Made by a program: the position numbers and the translations under genes. A stretch of DNA of 64,000 nt from an uncultured Paraperlucidibaca sp. (GTDB taxonomy: Bacteria; Pseudomonadota; Gammaproteobacteria; Pseudomonadales; Moraxellaceae), in NCBI GenBank assembly GCA_964569335.1, contig CAZMVL010000007.1, forward strand, positions 24,027 through 88,026, in the 5' to 3' direction. Below, one piece after another: positions 9,803-21,180 of the stretch. The stretch's first letter is position 1, and the number at the start of each line of letters is the position of its first letter. The notes under the pieces were generated by a model, which searched no databases, was not told the origin of the DNA, and worked only from the letters and a program-made list of their open reading frames with translations.

Positions 9803-10687
9803 ATGCCTCGCCCAATTCCGCTATCACAACGCCTGCCTGACTTCATTGCACTGATGCGTCTGGATCGCCCTATCGGTATTTATTTACTGTTGTGGCCCAC
9901 TTTATGGGCAGTATGGATTGCGGGCGATGGCAATCCATCGGCTGCCATTGTGCTTATTTTCGGCCTGGGCGTGGTGCTTATGCGCAGTGCTGGCTGCGTG
10001 ATCAATGATTATGCCGACCGTGACCTTGATGGCCATGTCAGACGCACCGCACAACGCCCGTTAGCCACTGGCCGCATCAGCAGTCAGGAAGCACTGATGC
10101 TGTTTGCCATACTCATCGCTGCTGCAGCCAGCCTGCTATTGTTCCTGCCCACGGCCGTATTCTGGTGGTCATTGGGCGCTGTAGCGCTGGCCACGTCCTA
10201 CCCCTTCATGAAGCGCTACACCTATCTGCCTCAGGTGGTGCTGGGTGCGGCCTTTTCATGGGCCATTCCAATGGCATTTGTAGCACAGGAGAAAACCCCA
10301 GATGCCCTGTGCTGGCTTTTGTATTGCGCCAATCTGGCCTGGACGGTGGCTTATGACACTCAATACGCCATGGCCGACCGGGAAGATGATGTAAAGGTCG
10401 GCATCAAATCAACGGCCATCCTGTTTGGTGATCTGGATCGCCATGCCATTGGCTTCCTGCAACTGCTGTTTTTGGTGGCACTGTATCTGGTCGGACAACA
10501 ACTGGAGCTGGGCTGGGCCTGGTTAGTAGGGCTGGCGGCAGCCGCCGGTCAGTTTGTGTGGCAAGGCTGGATCATTCGACAACGTCAGGCAGATGCCTGT
10601 TTGCAAGCCTTCCTGGCCAACCACTGGATCGGTTTATGGCTGTTCGTCGCTCTGCTGGCTGCCTGGCTGCAAATGCTGGCGACATAA
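9803..10687 (+). CDS. ubiA: 4-hydroxybenzoate octaprenyltransferase
   Basis: MRLDRPIG, NDYADRDLDGHVRRT..RP and YDTQYAMADREDD motifs; start moved to ATG 9803. Confidence 0.95.
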   Translation: MPRPIPLSQRLPDFIALMRLDRPIGIYLLLWPTLWAVWIAGDGNPSAAIVLIFGLGVVLMRSAGCVINDYADRDLDGHVRRTAQRPLATGRISSQEALMLFAILIAAAASLLLFLPTAVFWWSLGAVALATSYPFMKRYTYLPQVVLGAAFSWAIPMAFVAQEKTPDALCWLLYCANLAWTVAYDTQYAMADREDDVKVGIKSTAILFGDLDRHAIGFLQLLFLVALYLVGQQLELGWAWLVGLAAAAGQFVWQGWIIRQRQADACLQAFLANHWIGLWLFVALLAAWLQMLAT

Positions 10688-10689
10688 AA

Positions 10690-10756
10690 GCGTAATATTT
10701 CTGTCATGACACACAGGTGTAATAGCACTGTCATTCTATTTACAGAGCGTTGTCAT
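10690..10756 (+). promoter_or_regulatory. Tandem Pho boxes upstream of phoB
   Basis: GCGTAAT-ATTT-CTGTCAT (10690-10707), GTGTAAT-AGCA-CTGTCAT (10717-10734) and an in-phase TTGTCAT (10750-10756). Confidence 0.8.
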
Positions 10757-10757
10757 A

Positions 10758-11471
10758 ATGAAAACCGAAAAAATACTGATTGTTGATGATGAGGCCGCCA
10801 TCCGGGAAATGATCGCCATTGCCCTGGAACTGGCTGGTTACGATTGCATCGAGGCAGAGGATGCCCTGCAAGCACATCATCTGGTCGTTGATGAGCGCCC
10901 CGCACTGATTCTGCTGGACTGGATGCTACCCGGCATGAGCGGCATCGAACTGGCCCGTCGCCTGAAGCGTGATGAGAGCACCAGTGAAATCCCTATCATC
11001 ATGCTCACTGCTCGTGGCGAGGAAGACAACAAGATTCAGGGTCTGGATGCCGGTGCCGACGATTACATCACCAAACCTTTTTCTACACGCGAACTGGCCT
11101 CACGCATCAAGGCCGTGCTGCGTCGCTCCAGCGCCCTCAATCAGGACAAGGCCATTGAAGCCGAAGGGCTGAAACTGGACCCGGTCAGCCATCGCATCAC
11201 CGCCCATGACGCTCCCATCGAAATGGGCCCTACCGAGTATCGCCTACTGGCTTTTTTCATGAGCCACCCAGAGCGTGCCTACACCCGCACACAAATGCTG
11301 GATCAGGTCTGGGGCGGCAATGTTTATGTTGAAGATCGCACCATTGATGTGCATATTCGTCGTCTGCGAAAAGCATTAGAGCCTCATGGCTTTGATCGTT
11401 TTATTCAAACCGTTCGTGGCACAGGTTATCGGTTCTCAACACAAGTACAGGCGCAGGACGACAATAGTTGA
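10758..11471 (+). CDS. phoB: Phosphate regulon response regulator PhoB
   Basis: LDWMLPG receiver domain; [21 protein letters not shown] winged helix. Confidence 0.96.
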   Translation: MKTEKILIVDDEAAIREMIAIALELAGYDCIEAEDALQAHHLVVDERPALILLDWMLPGMSGIELARRLKRDESTSEIPIIMLTARGEEDNKIQGLDAGADDYITKPFSTRELASRIKAVLRRSSALNQDKAIEAEGLKLDPVSHRITAHDAPIEMGPTEYRLLAFFMSHPERAYTRTQMLDQVWGGNVYVEDRTIDVHIRRLRKALEPHGFDRFIQTVRGTGYRFSTQVQAQDDNS

Positions 11472-12757
11472 AACTCCCCGTTCCCAAGCGAGAACTGAAA
11501 CAGGCCATTGCGCTCATACTCTTTGGCGCGTTTATCGGCTGGCTGCTGGAGTATGTATTGTTGGGCGTGTTGGCTGGCTGCCTGGCCTGTCTGTTTATTC
11601 ATCTGAATCAGCTCAAACAACTTGAACTCTGGGCACAAGATACCGAACAGGATGTACCGGATGGCATAGGCACCTGGGCACAGGCCTATCGCGCCATTCA
11701 TCAATTGCGCCGCAACGAGCACCGCTCCAAGACCAATCTCATTGGCATCATTGATCGTGCCCGCGCCTCCATTGCCGCACTGGACGAAGGGGTCGCCCTG
11801 ATTGATAAAGATGGCAATCTGGAATGGTGGAATCCTGCCGCTGGCAAGCTGCTTGGTCTGCGCGCCAGAGACATGCGCCAACCACTGATTAATGTCATTC
11901 GTGCGCCCGCGTTTGTGCGCTACTTCCAGTATGGCCCGTTTAATGAAGGCCTCAAGCTGCCATCACATAAGCACTCAGGGCGCTACCTGCAGTTTGAAAT
12001 CACACTCTTTGGCGACAACGACAAATTGATGATCGTCTACGACATCACCCGCGTGCATAATCTGGAGCAGATGCGCAAAGACTTCGTCGCCAATGTGTCG
12101 CATGAGCTGCGTACGCCATTAACCGTGCTCAGTGGTTATCTGGAAACCTTTTTAAGCCAGGCCGACACACTGAACCCAAGACTGGTCAAAGCGCTGCAAC
12201 AAATGGATGACCAGACCCTGCGCATGAAAAATCTGGTTAACGATCTACTGCTGTTATCCAGCCTGGAAAATGAGGGTCTACTGGTAAAACGCAATCCCGT
12301 TGATGTGCCCAGATTGCTGCAACAGGTACTGGATGACGCCCAGATACTGGCAAAACCCAAGCAGCAGTCAGTGACCTTAAGTGCAGATCCCGACTTGAAG
12401 ATTTCAGGCATCAGCAGCAATCTGCGCTCCGCATTTTCCAATCTGGTCACCAATGCCATCAAATACACCCCGCCAGGTGGCTCGATACAGATTATCTGGG
12501 AGCGCAAAAACGATCACATTGAGTTCAGCGTGATTGATAGCGGCATTGGCATTGATATCACTCACATTCCACGTCTGACAGAGCGCTTTTATCGTGTTGA
12601 TGCGGGACGTAGCTCAGCAACCGGGGGAACTGGCCTGGGTCTGGCCATTGTCAAACATGTATTAATGCAGCATGAAGCACGACTGGAAATCGAGTCCCAG
12701 CCGGGGCTGGGGTCTCGTTTTAGCTGTCACTTTCCACTCACACTGATTATTCGCTAG
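11468..12757 (+). CDS. phoR: Phosphate regulon sensor kinase PhoR
   Basis: TM-PAS-HisKA ([13 protein letters not shown])-HATPase (NAIKY, GTGLGL); overlaps the phoB stop. Confidence 0.95.
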   Translation: MKLPVPKRELKQAIALILFGAFIGWLLEYVLLGVLAGCLACLFIHLNQLKQLELWAQDTEQDVPDGIGTWAQAYRAIHQLRRNEHRSKTNLIGIIDRARASIAALDEGVALIDKDGNLEWWNPAAGKLLGLRARDMRQPLINVIRAPAFVRYFQYGPFNEGLKLPSHKHSGRYLQFEITLFGDNDKLMIVYDITRVHNLEQMRKDFVANVSHELRTPLTVLSGYLETFLSQADTLNPRLVKALQQMDDQTLRMKNLVNDLLLLSSLENEGLLVKRNPVDVPRLLQQVLDDAQILAKPKQQSVTLSADPDLKISGISSNLRSAFSNLVTNAIKYTPPGGSIQIIWERKNDHIEFSVIDSGIGIDITHIPRLTERFYRVDAGRSSATGGTGLGLAIVKHVLMQHEARLEIESQPGLGSRFSCHFPLTLIIR

Positions 12758-13484
12758 GCCCCACACGTGTGATCTTGTCCAAGTTGGTGGAAATCACGTC
12801 GTAATCCGTATGCCTTGCCTCAATGCCCAGCACCATATTGATAATCTGCTCGGCAATATTGCGTGAGTGATCACCAATACGCTCCAGCGAACGCAGCACG
12901 TTCATCACATTCAAAATACGACTGATAGAGCGTGGATCTTCCATCATGTAGGTAATCAACGCGCGCATGGCAGACTCATATTCGCTGTCCGTTTGCACGT
13001 CCGCCTTCATCACCTCGAACGCAGCATGTGCATCAAAGCGCGCAAAGGCATCCAGCACGTTATGCAGCATCTCGGCCACTCGTGATGAAATACTGCGTGC
13101 CTCGGCATAACCACGTGGTGACTCGCCTTCACGATTCAACAGCACGGCTGCCCGAGCCACTTTGTAGGCCTCATCACCAATACGCTCAAGGTCGGTCACT
13201 GACTTGCCCAGCGAAACCACCAGGCGCAAGTCCGATGCCGCCGGATGACGCAACGCCAGGATGTGCATAAGGTCGCTATCAATGCCCAGCTCCATCTGAT
13301 TGATTTTGGCGTCGGTACGAATAACCGCCTCGGCCTCATCGACCGAGCCTGTCATCAATGCCTTCATGGCATCGGCCAGCTGCTGCTGCACCAGACCACC
13401 CATGGTCAGAAAGTCAGTCCGTACCTTATCCAGGTCAGAATTGAATTGATGCGAAATATGCTGCGTCAGTTTGTCTTTATTCAT
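12747..13484 (-). CDS. phoU: Phosphate signalling protein PhoU
   Basis: Two ERIGD repeats; MMEDPRSI. Confidence 0.95.
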   Translation of the reverse strand: MNKDKLTQHISHQFNSDLDKVRTDFLTMGGLVQQQLADAMKALMTGSVDEAEAVIRTDAKINQMELGIDSDLMHILALRHPAASDLRLVVSLGKSVTDLERIGDEAYKVARAAVLLNREGESPRGYAEARSISSRVAEMLHNVLDAFARFDAHAAFEVMKADVQTDSEYESAMRALITYMMEDPRSISRILNVMNVLRSLERIGDHSRNIAEQIINMVLGIEARHTDYDVISTNLDKITRVGPSE

Positions 13485-13516
13485 GATGATGCTCTCTGTC
13501 GTTGACGCTTGATCAA

Positions 13517-14368
13517 TCAGCCGAAACGGCCAGTAATATAGGCTTCAGTCAAATCGTGATCAGGGTTGGTAAACACTTTTTCAGTGTCATTGACCTCGAT
13601 CAGTTCACCCAGGTGAAAATAGGCTGTGCGATGTGACACACGAGCAGCCTGCTGCATGGAGTGGGTCACAATGGCAATGGTGTATTGCTCCGACAGCTCA
13701 CTGATCAGCTCTTCGATTTTTGCCGTTGCAATGGGATCCAGTGCCGAACAGGGCTCATCCATCAGGATCACATCAGGGCTGACCGCAATGGCACGCGCAA
13801 TACACAAGCGTTGCTGCTGACCACCCGACAATCCTGTACCCGGCTGCATCAGACGATCACGCACTTCGTCCCACAAACCGGCCTTGCGCAGACTGTTTTC
13901 AACAATCTCGTCCAGGTCATGACGCGACTTGGCCAAACCATGCAACTTGGGCCCATAGGCCACATTTTCATAAATCGATTTTGGAAACGGATTGGGCTTT
14001 TGAAACACCATGCCAATCTGGGCTCTTAACAACACCACATCCAGTGACGGGTCATAAATGTCCTGATCATCCAACAGGATCTTGCCAGTGACACGGCAAC
14101 CATCAATAGTGTCATTCATGCGGTTCAACGAGCGCAGAAACGTTGACTTGCCACAACCCGATGGTCCGATAAAGGCAATCACCTCATTTTCATGAATATC
14201 CAGGCTGATACCCTTGATGGCCTGGGTTTCACCATAAAAAACCTGCACATTTTCAGTGACCATTTTCTTGACCACTGCTCGAGTCGGCTCTTTATGAGTG
14301 CCAATACTGAAGGAGGCCCTTGGTGTGCTGGCTCCGCTCACTGCTACATCACTATTCTGATCGCTCAT
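13517..14368 (-). CDS. pstB: Phosphate ABC transporter ATPase
   Basis: [37 protein letters not shown]. Confidence 0.96.
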   Translation of the reverse strand: MSDQNSDVAVSGASTPRASFSIGTHKEPTRAVVKKMVTENVQVFYGETQAIKGISLDIHENEVIAFIGPSGCGKSTFLRSLNRMNDTIDGCRVTGKILLDDQDIYDPSLDVVLLRAQIGMVFQKPNPFPKSIYENVAYGPKLHGLAKSRHDLDEIVENSLRKAGLWDEVRDRLMQPGTGLSGGQQQRLCIARAIAVSPDVILMDEPCSALDPIATAKIEELISELSEQYTIAIVTHSMQQAARVSHRTAYFHLGELIEVNDTEKVFTNPDHDLTEAYITGRFG

Positions 14369-14372
14369 ACTA

Positions 14373-15734
14373 TTACCACCTGATTTCTAATTTCTTGCGT
14401 AACCAAATGGCAAAGCCATTCAGTGTCAGCATCACGCCAAGCAGCACCACAATGGCTGCCGCGGTTCGACCTTCAAAGAAGTTGCGCAGCTCGTTGGCCT
14501 GCCATAAATAAATCTGTACCGGCAGTGCCGAAGATTGATCCAGCGGCGTAGCCGGAATGCTGGCCACAAAGGCACTCATACCCACCAACAGCAATGGCGC
14601 TGTTTCACCCAGGGCCTGAGCCACGCCCAGAATGGCACCGGTTAAAATACCCGGTAGCGCCAATGGCAACACATGATGGAAAACCATTTGTACCTTGGAA
14701 GCGCCAATCCCCAAAGCAGCCTGACGAATCGAAGGTGGCACCGCACGTAGCGAAGCACGCGTAGTAATAATGACGGTTGGCAAGGTCATCAGACTGAGCA
14801 CCAAACCACCGACTAATGGCGCTGAAATGGGCAGTCGCAACCAGTTAATGAAAATGGCAGCACCCAATAGACCAAACACAATCGACGGCACGGCGGCCAG
14901 GTTATTGATATTGACTTCAACCAGATCAGTGATTCGGTTCTTGGGAGCAAACTCTTCCAGATAAATGGCACTGGCCACACCAATGGGCACCGAAATAAAG
15001 ATGACAATCAGCATCATGAACAGCGAGCCAATCACCGCACCTGCCAAACCGGCGGATGCCAACGAGCTGCGCGAATCCGGATTACTAAACAGACTGGTAC
15101 TGAATTTCAGTTTGATGATGCCTTCGGCCTTCAGCTTGTCAGCCAGATCGCGCAGCTGACGCGACATCTGCTGCTGGTCATCCGGCAGATCACGATCAAT
15201 ATTGCCGCGCAGCCAGACATCCACATTGGCATCGGCCAGCAACGTCAGTGTGCGTTTTTGTCCCACCAGATCAGGGTCAGCAAGCACCATATCACGCAGG
15301 CGGAAACGTTCACCGCTGGTGAACAAACGGCGCAAGTCCCGTGAATACGCCTCTGAGTCCGGACTGACCCGCAAAATGCTGTCTTCCAGCAGGCTGTTCC
15401 AGTCAGCAAAGGAAAGATCCGTATTCCACTCGTCCATGCGTGCCTGAAATACGGCGGGTACTTCGTTCGGTTCCGGTGTTGGCCTGGCCTGAATATCCAG
15501 AATTTCCGGATCAAAGAAAACGTCAACCGTAATCGTGGACTGCCAGAATGCCGGGATACCACGCGACAAAATACTGCCAAATAAAATGGCCACAAATATC
15601 AGGGCCAGACTGACCGAAAACAGTCCCATGACACGAAAGCGCGTTTCGCGACGATGACGGCCCAGCAATGACGCCTGAATCGTCGCCAGGCGCTCGGCCT
15701 TTGCAGTGCTTGCAGTAGTTGGAGTCGTGTTCAT
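14373..15734 (-). CDS. pstA: Phosphate ABC transporter permease PstA (long form)
   Basis: [10 protein letters not shown] and ALGETAPLL; position in the pst operon. Confidence 0.92.
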   Translation of the reverse strand: MNTTPTTASTAKAERLATIQASLLGRHRRETRFRVMGLFSVSLALIFVAILFGSILSRGIPAFWQSTITVDVFFDPEILDIQARPTPEPNEVPAVFQARMDEWNTDLSFADWNSLLEDSILRVSPDSEAYSRDLRRLFTSGERFRLRDMVLADPDLVGQKRTLTLLADANVDVWLRGNIDRDLPDDQQQMSRQLRDLADKLKAEGIIKLKFSTSLFSNPDSRSSLASAGLAGAVIGSLFMMLIVIFISVPIGVASAIYLEEFAPKNRITDLVEVNINNLAAVPSIVFGLLGAAIFINWLRLPISAPLVGGLVLSLMTLPTVIITTRASLRAVPPSIRQAALGIGASKVQMVFHHVLPLALPGILTGAILGVAQALGETAPLLLVGMSAFVASIPATPLDQSSALPVQIYLWQANELRNFFEGRTAAAIVVLLGVMLTLNGFAIWLRKKLEIRW

Positions 15735-17107
15735 TCGTATTGCTCACGGTAACGACGGACAATGTAAAGCGCGACCACGTTGAGTGCCAAGGTGATGGCA
15801 AACAAGGTAATACCCAGCGCAAACGCCACCAGCGATTGTGGACTGGCAAAATCGCTATCACCTGTCAGTGCATTGACGATACTGACGGTGACGGTAGATA
15901 CCGCCTCAAATGGATTGGCATGCAGAACGGGGCTATTACCAGCCGCCAGTACCACAATCATGGTTTCACCAATGGCCCGGCTGGCCGCCAGCAGGAAAGC
16001 ACCCACAATACCGGGCAAGGCCGCCGGTAAAACCACCTGACGAATGGTTTCTGATTTGGTCGCACCCAGCCCCAGTGAGCCATCGCGCATGGTGCGTGGC
16101 ACTTGCGTAATGATGTCGTCTGACAGCGACGACACAAAAGGAATGATCATGATACCCATCACCACACCAGCCGTTAACGCACTGGTAGCGCGAATATCAA
16201 TACCGACAGAAGCGCCCAGCTGAGCAAATACCGGCCCAATCACCATCATGGCAAACACGCCGTAGACAATCGTAGGAATACCCGCAAGCACTTCAATGGT
16301 TGGTTTGACAATGGCACGAGTGCGCGGCTTGGCGTATTCAGCCAGATAAATGGCCGCCATCAAACCCACGGGGATGGCCACGGCCAGCGCAATAAAGCTG
16401 ATCATCAGTGTGCCCCATAATAATGGCAGCAAACCAAACTCACCGACCGAATCACCTGTTGAACTGAAACCCGGATTCCAGGTTGTCCCGAAGAAAAAAT
16501 CGACAGGCGACACAAACTCGAAGAACCGCAGTGTTTCACCCAACATGGATACCACAATGCCAATCGTGGTGAGAATCGCGATGCCGGAACACAGAGCCAG
16601 CAAGATCGACACCACACGCTCAACCTGATTACGTGCACGCAGACTCGGCGTATATCTGGATCGGGCATACAACAGCCCGCCAATGGCCAGCACCAGCACA
16701 ATAACGGCCTTGGCCATGCCAGCAATGGTTTCCAGTCGATTAAGGTGTGCGGCAGCTGCAAATTCTGCATCCGCCACCAGTCCTTCGACCCCAAAACCCG
16801 AAGCAATCGCGATCAGGCGTCGCATTTGAATCAGTTGTTGCTGCGTCGTCATTTCGGCCAGTGCAGTCACTGACGACATGGAAGACAACACAAGATATTC
16901 GATGATGGTGGACTCAAAAAGATTCCACAGTCCCAGTACAAGTAGTGCCGGAACAGCACACCAGATGGCAACCAGCGCGCCATGATAGGTTGGACGTGAA
17001 TGTGTGCGTACGCCACTAAACTGATGTTGACGACTTCGGCTCAAACCCCACTGGTAGGCAATACCTACCAAAGCCAGCAACACCAAGATCAGCACTAAAT
17101 TACTCAT
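15731..17107 (-). CDS. pstC: Phosphate ABC transporter permease PstC (long form)
   Basis: LAGIPTIVYG and SRAIGETMIV; GGAG RBS favours ATG 17107. Confidence 0.92.
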   Translation of the reverse strand: MSNLVLILVLLALVGIAYQWGLSRSRQHQFSGVRTHSRPTYHGALVAIWCAVPALLVLGLWNLFESTIIEYLVLSSMSSVTALAEMTTQQQLIQMRRLIAIASGFGVEGLVADAEFAAAAHLNRLETIAGMAKAVIVLVLAIGGLLYARSRYTPSLRARNQVERVVSILLALCSGIAILTTIGIVVSMLGETLRFFEFVSPVDFFFGTTWNPGFSSTGDSVGEFGLLPLLWGTLMISFIALAVAIPVGLMAAIYLAEYAKPRTRAIVKPTIEVLAGIPTIVYGVFAMMVIGPVFAQLGASVGIDIRATSALTAGVVMGIMIIPFVSSLSDDIITQVPRTMRDGSLGLGATKSETIRQVVLPAALPGIVGAFLLAASRAIGETMIVVLAAGNSPVLHANPFEAVSTVTVSIVNALTGDSDFASPQSLVAFALGITLFAITLALNVVALYIVRRYREQYE

Positions 17108-17148
17108 AACCACTCCAACTTAATGCAAAACTGATCACTTCATTTACA

Positions 17149-17183
17149 CGCTAAAGGCGGGATGGTGTCTCCCGCCTTTAGCG
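17149..17183 (-). terminator. 14-bp stem-loop after pstS (mRNA stabiliser/attenuator)
   Basis: CGCTAAAGGCGGGA-TGGTGTC-TCCCGCCTTTAGCG; no U-tract on the pst strand. Confidence 0.65.
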
Positions 17184-17217
17184 CTTTCAACCTTTACCGC
17201 TTAACTGAATTGATGTT

Positions 17218-18252
17218 TCAGTTGGATACCACCTTGTTAGCCCGGAAGTCGGCAAGTGCCTGAACACGCTCCGCCTCAGGCAGCGGAATCAAGCCAGCTT
17301 CCTCCAGTGGGCCACGAGCACCCGATACACGCTTATTCAAAAAGAACTCAACATACTGGGCGATACCCGGTACAACACCAATGTGCTCACCCTTCACGTA
17401 GAAGTACAAGGGACGTGACACGGGATACTCACCCGAAGCAATGGTTTCCAGGGAAGGCACCACACCATTGATGGTCGCCACACGCAAACGGTCACGATTC
17501 TGATCATAGAAGCTCAGACCAAACACACCAACCGCCGTACGTTGAGCCTGCAAGCGAGCCAGAGTTTCCGTGTAATCACCAGCAATTTCCACTACACGAC
17601 CATCGGTACGCATGGCATTACAGGCCTTAAGCTTGGCATCGCCTGACAGCGCCTTGAATTCGGCAATGGTGTCGCAGCCCAGATGAATCACTTTTTCTTC
17701 AAACACTTCACGTGTGCCGTGATTCGATGCCGGAACTACCAGCAAGATATCCTGATCGGGCAATGACTTATCAATCTGAGACCAGCGTGTATTGGTATTG
17801 GCCACCAGCTTGCCGTTAACCGGCAACTGTGCAGCAAATGCCTTAAAAATATGCTCAGGCTTCAGCTTGAACTCAGCGCCCTGCGCACGTGAAGCAAACA
17901 CAATGCCGTCATAACCAAACTTCACTTCCTGAATTTTCTTCACGCCAGCCTTGTTACAGGACTCGACTTCTGCCGGACGAATAGGGCGAGAAGAGTTGGC
18001 AATATCGATCGTGTTAAAACCAACACCCTGACAGAACTGGCGCAAGCCACCACCGGAGCCACCAGAACCAACAACCGGAGCTTTAAACTGAGAAAAAGTA
18101 CCGCCAAATTCTTCGGCCACAATACTGGCAAACGGCAGAACAGTTGAAGAACCTGCAACCTGTATGGTGTCACGGGCAGCGGCCGTTGTGCTCATGCCAA
18201 TTGCTGCAGCTGCAACACAGGCCAGCCCCATTGTTTTGTGAGTCAATCGCAT
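17218..18252 (-). CDS. pstS: Phosphate-binding periplasmic protein PstS
   Basis: Signal peptide; AGSSTVLP, GSGGG, DIANSSR and YPVSRPLYFY motifs. Confidence 0.92.
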   Translation of the reverse strand: MRLTHKTMGLACVAAAAIGMSTTAAARDTIQVAGSSTVLPFASIVAEEFGGTFSQFKAPVVGSGGSGGGLRQFCQGVGFNTIDIANSSRPIRPAEVESCNKAGVKKIQEVKFGYDGIVFASRAQGAEFKLKPEHIFKAFAAQLPVNGKLVANTNTRWSQIDKSLPDQDILLVVPASNHGTREVFEEKVIHLGCDTIAEFKALSGDAKLKACNAMRTDGRVVEIAGDYTETLARLQAQRTAVGVFGLSFYDQNRDRLRVATINGVVPSLETIASGEYPVSRPLYFYVKGEHIGVVPGIAQYVEFFLNKRVSGARGPLEEAGLIPLPEAERVQALADFRANKVVSN

Positions 18253-18351
18253 CTTGCTATCCTCATTGGGTAATCAAATAAGTATTCTGTATTGGATAAC
18301 TGACTCTGAATAAGCCTGTACTCCAAGTACGGCATACTTTGTTTGATCTGT

Positions 18352-18369
18352 GTTACAGCTTGATGACAG
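18352..18369 (-). promoter_or_regulatory. Pho box of the pstS promoter
   Basis: Minus strand CTGTCAT-CAAG-CTGTAAC, a canonical 11-bp direct repeat. Confidence 0.88.
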
Positions 18370-18477
18370 CTTAAAACAAATCACGCTGCTCATACGATAG
18401 TGCAATAGACAGTTCGTCTGCTTGATGTAATCATTTCCCGCGGACCTTTAAAAACTATAATAGATACGGGCCATCAC

Positions 18478-18870
18478 ATGGAAAGTAGCAGCAACGACCT
18501 CCCTCGCCCGCGTGGCACCCTGCGTCTGCAATCTGTCGTTCTGCCGCGCGATGCTAACGGCTCGGGTGATATTTTTGGTGGTTGGCTGGTAGGACAAATG
18601 GATCTGGCTGGCGACATGGCTGCCAATAAACGTGCGCAGGGTCGAGTCGCTACCGTCGCTATTAATGATGTCGTTTTTTTACGCCCGGTCGCTATCGGTG
18701 ACGTGGTTGCGCTTTACGCCGATGTACTCGAGGTCGGCCGATCATCCATGAAGGTCACGGTTGAGGCATGGGAAATGAGCGACCCTCTCAACACGCCACG
18801 CAAGCTTGGCGAAGGCCTGTTCACGTTTGTTGCCGTCAACAATGAAGGCCGCACACGCCCTTTACCTTAG
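18478..18870 (+). CDS. Hotdog-fold acyl-CoA thioesterase (YciA-like)
   Basis: PRDANGSGDIFGGWLVGQMDLAG, RVATVA, FLRPV.IGD. Confidence 0.88.
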   Translation: MESSSNDLPRPRGTLRLQSVVLPRDANGSGDIFGGWLVGQMDLAGDMAANKRAQGRVATVAINDVVFLRPVAIGDVVALYADVLEVGRSSMKVTVEAWEMSDPLNTPRKLGEGLFTFVAVNNEGRTRPLP

Positions 18871-21074
18871 GCGCGTGTCAACCTGGCGTATTGCGCCACC
18901 AGCCATTTGCTGCCGATACCCTTGAAATTGACCTGGATCCGGGCATTCGGGCCATTGCCTTCAAATGCCAGAATCACACCCTCGCCAAAACGCGAATGCA
19001 CCACACCCTGCCCCAAACGCCAGGCACCCTCACCAGACTCATCACCACCCAATGTGGTTTGACGCAGGTCATTTCCCAGACTGGCAGGTGTTGCCTTGAC
19101 CTGGCTACCGGCCCGATAACCTGTGTAATTCGGCACTGTTTGCTGTCGTACAGGCGCTAATAAGGCATCCGGAATCTCGCGTAAAAAACGCGACGGCACG
19201 TGATAAGCCTCATTGCCATACAGACGACGCACCTCGGCATAGGTAATAAACAGCTCACGCATGGCGCGGGTAATGCCGACGTAACACAGGCGGCGCTCTT
19301 CCTCTAGATTGTTTTCCTGCAAGGCCATCTCGTGCGGGAACAAACCCTCCTCACAGCCCGCTAGGAACACAATGGGAAACTCCAGCCCTTTGGCGGCATG
19401 CAACGTCATCAGCTGCACTGCATCCTCAAACTCACCCGCCTGTTGTTCACCAGCCTCCAGCGCGGCATGATCCAGAAAAGCCGCCAGCACAGAAGGTGCA
19501 TCAGTGTCTTCCACGTCAAACTCACGCGCAGCGGCCACCAGTTCGCGCAAGTTCTCCACACGTGCCTGACCTTTCTCGCCTTTTTCCTTTTCGTGATGCG
19601 CAATCAACCCGGTTTGCTCAATCACTGCCGACACCAGATCACCCAGCGGGGCATCTTGTTTATCGGCATCCAGCCGGTCGATCAGCTCCAGGAAAAACAG
19701 AATCTTGCCCACCGCCAGTGATGGCAACAGACGCTCGCGCACCACCTGCTGTGCCGCCATCCACAGGCTGATCTGCCCTTCTCTGGCCAACTGGCGCAGG
19801 GTGTCCACGCTCTTGTCACCAATGCCACGTGTCGGCACATTAACGATGCGCTCAAACGCCGTGTCATCATGACGCTGCTGCATCAGGCGCAGATAGGCCA
19901 CGGCATTCTTGATCTCGGCGCGTTCAAAAAAGCGCAGGCCACCGTAAATCCGATACGGAATCTGCGCCCGCAACAAGGCCTCTTCCAACACCCGGGATTG
20001 CGCGTTAGAGCGATATAGAATCGCCATATCACGTCTGGCCATGCCAGCACGGAAACGCTCATCCAGCATGCGTGCAATAAAATGCGCCTCATCCAGATCG
20101 TTATAACCGGCATATACCGAAATCGGCTGGCCTTCACTGCGATCAGTCCACAGATTTTTACCCAGACGATCGCCATTGTTGGCAATCACCGCATTGGCCG
20201 CCTGCAAAATAACCGACGTCGAACGATAATTCTGCTCCAGACGAATCAGCTCTGCCTCAGCATAGTCACGCTGAAAAGTGCGAATATTTTCAATACAGGC
20301 ACCACGCCAGCCGTAAATACTCTGGTCATCATCGCCCACCGCCGTCAGCATGCCGTGCTCACCGGCCAGCAATCGCAGCCAGGCATATTGAATGCGGTTG
20401 GTGTCCTGGAACTCATCCACCAGGATCATGCGAAAACGCGCCTGATAATGCTTGAGCAACTCTGGATGCTTTAACCAGAGCTCGTGGCTACGCAACAGGA
20501 TTTCCGCAAAATCAATCAGACCACTGCGCTGACACACCACCTCATAGGCCTGATAAATGCGCAACATGGTGGCTGTAAACAAGTCGCCATTGTGCTGAAT
20601 ATGGTGTGCACGCCGACCCTCTTCCTTATGGCCATTGATAAAGCTACTGGCCTGACGTGCCGGCCATTTTTCCTCATCCAGTTGCAGATCCTTCAGTACA
20701 CGCTTGATAACTCGGTTCTGATCATCCGAATCCAGAATCTGAAAGGTTTGGGGCAGCCCTGCTTCTTTGTAATGCTGTCTTAGGAAACGATGCGCCAACC
20801 CATGAAACGTGCCGATCCATAACGGCTGGGTGGCAATACCCAGCTGCTGCTCCAGACGTGCACGCATTTCATGTGCGGCCTTATTGGTAAACGTGACCGC
20901 CAACACCGCAAAAGGAGAGATGCCAAAATGCTGACAGAAATAACTGATGCGAGTGGTCAGTACACGTGTCTTGCCGGAGCCAGCACCGGCCAGTACTAAT
21001 AGATGTTGACTGTCACACGTTACGGCGTCGCGTTGTGCCGGATTAAGCCCGGTTAATAGATCAGATTCATTCAT
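18867..21074 (-). CDS. uvrD: DNA helicase II
   Basis: AGAGSGKT, DEFQDTN, QNYRS, AKGLEF, EEERRLCYVGITRA and a C-terminal tudor domain. Confidence 0.96.
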   Translation of the reverse strand: MNESDLLTGLNPAQRDAVTCDSQHLLVLAGAGSGKTRVLTTRISYFCQHFGISPFAVLAVTFTNKAAHEMRARLEQQLGIATQPLWIGTFHGLAHRFLRQHYKEAGLPQTFQILDSDDQNRVIKRVLKDLQLDEEKWPARQASSFINGHKEEGRRAHHIQHNGDLFTATMLRIYQAYEVVCQRSGLIDFAEILLRSHELWLKHPELLKHYQARFRMILVDEFQDTNRIQYAWLRLLAGEHGMLTAVGDDDQSIYGWRGACIENIRTFQRDYAEAELIRLEQNYRSTSVILQAANAVIANNGDRLGKNLWTDRSEGQPISVYAGYNDLDEAHFIARMLDERFRAGMARRDMAILYRSNAQSRVLEEALLRAQIPYRIYGGLRFFERAEIKNAVAYLRLMQQRHDDTAFERIVNVPTRGIGDKSVDTLRQLAREGQISLWMAAQQVVRERLLPSLAVGKILFFLELIDRLDADKQDAPLGDLVSAVIEQTGLIAHHEKEKGEKGQARVENLRELVAAAREFDVEDTDAPSVLAAFLDHAALEAGEQQAGEFEDAVQLMTLHAAKGLEFPIVFLAGCEEGLFPHEMALQENNLEEERRLCYVGITRAMRELFITYAEVRRLYGNEAYHVPSRFLREIPDALLAPVRQQTVPNYTGYRAGSQVKATPASLGNDLRQTTLGGDESGEGAWRLGQGVVHSRFGEGVILAFEGNGPNARIQVNFKGIGSKWLVAQYARLTRA

Positions 21075-21180
21075 GCGCTTATTGTAGACCAGCCATCGGC
21101 ATTCGTTTTCCTGTTAATGTGCAAATGTTAAGGTATTGCTGCCAGACGCGAGTATCGACCGCGCTGTTAAGGACTGCTTG

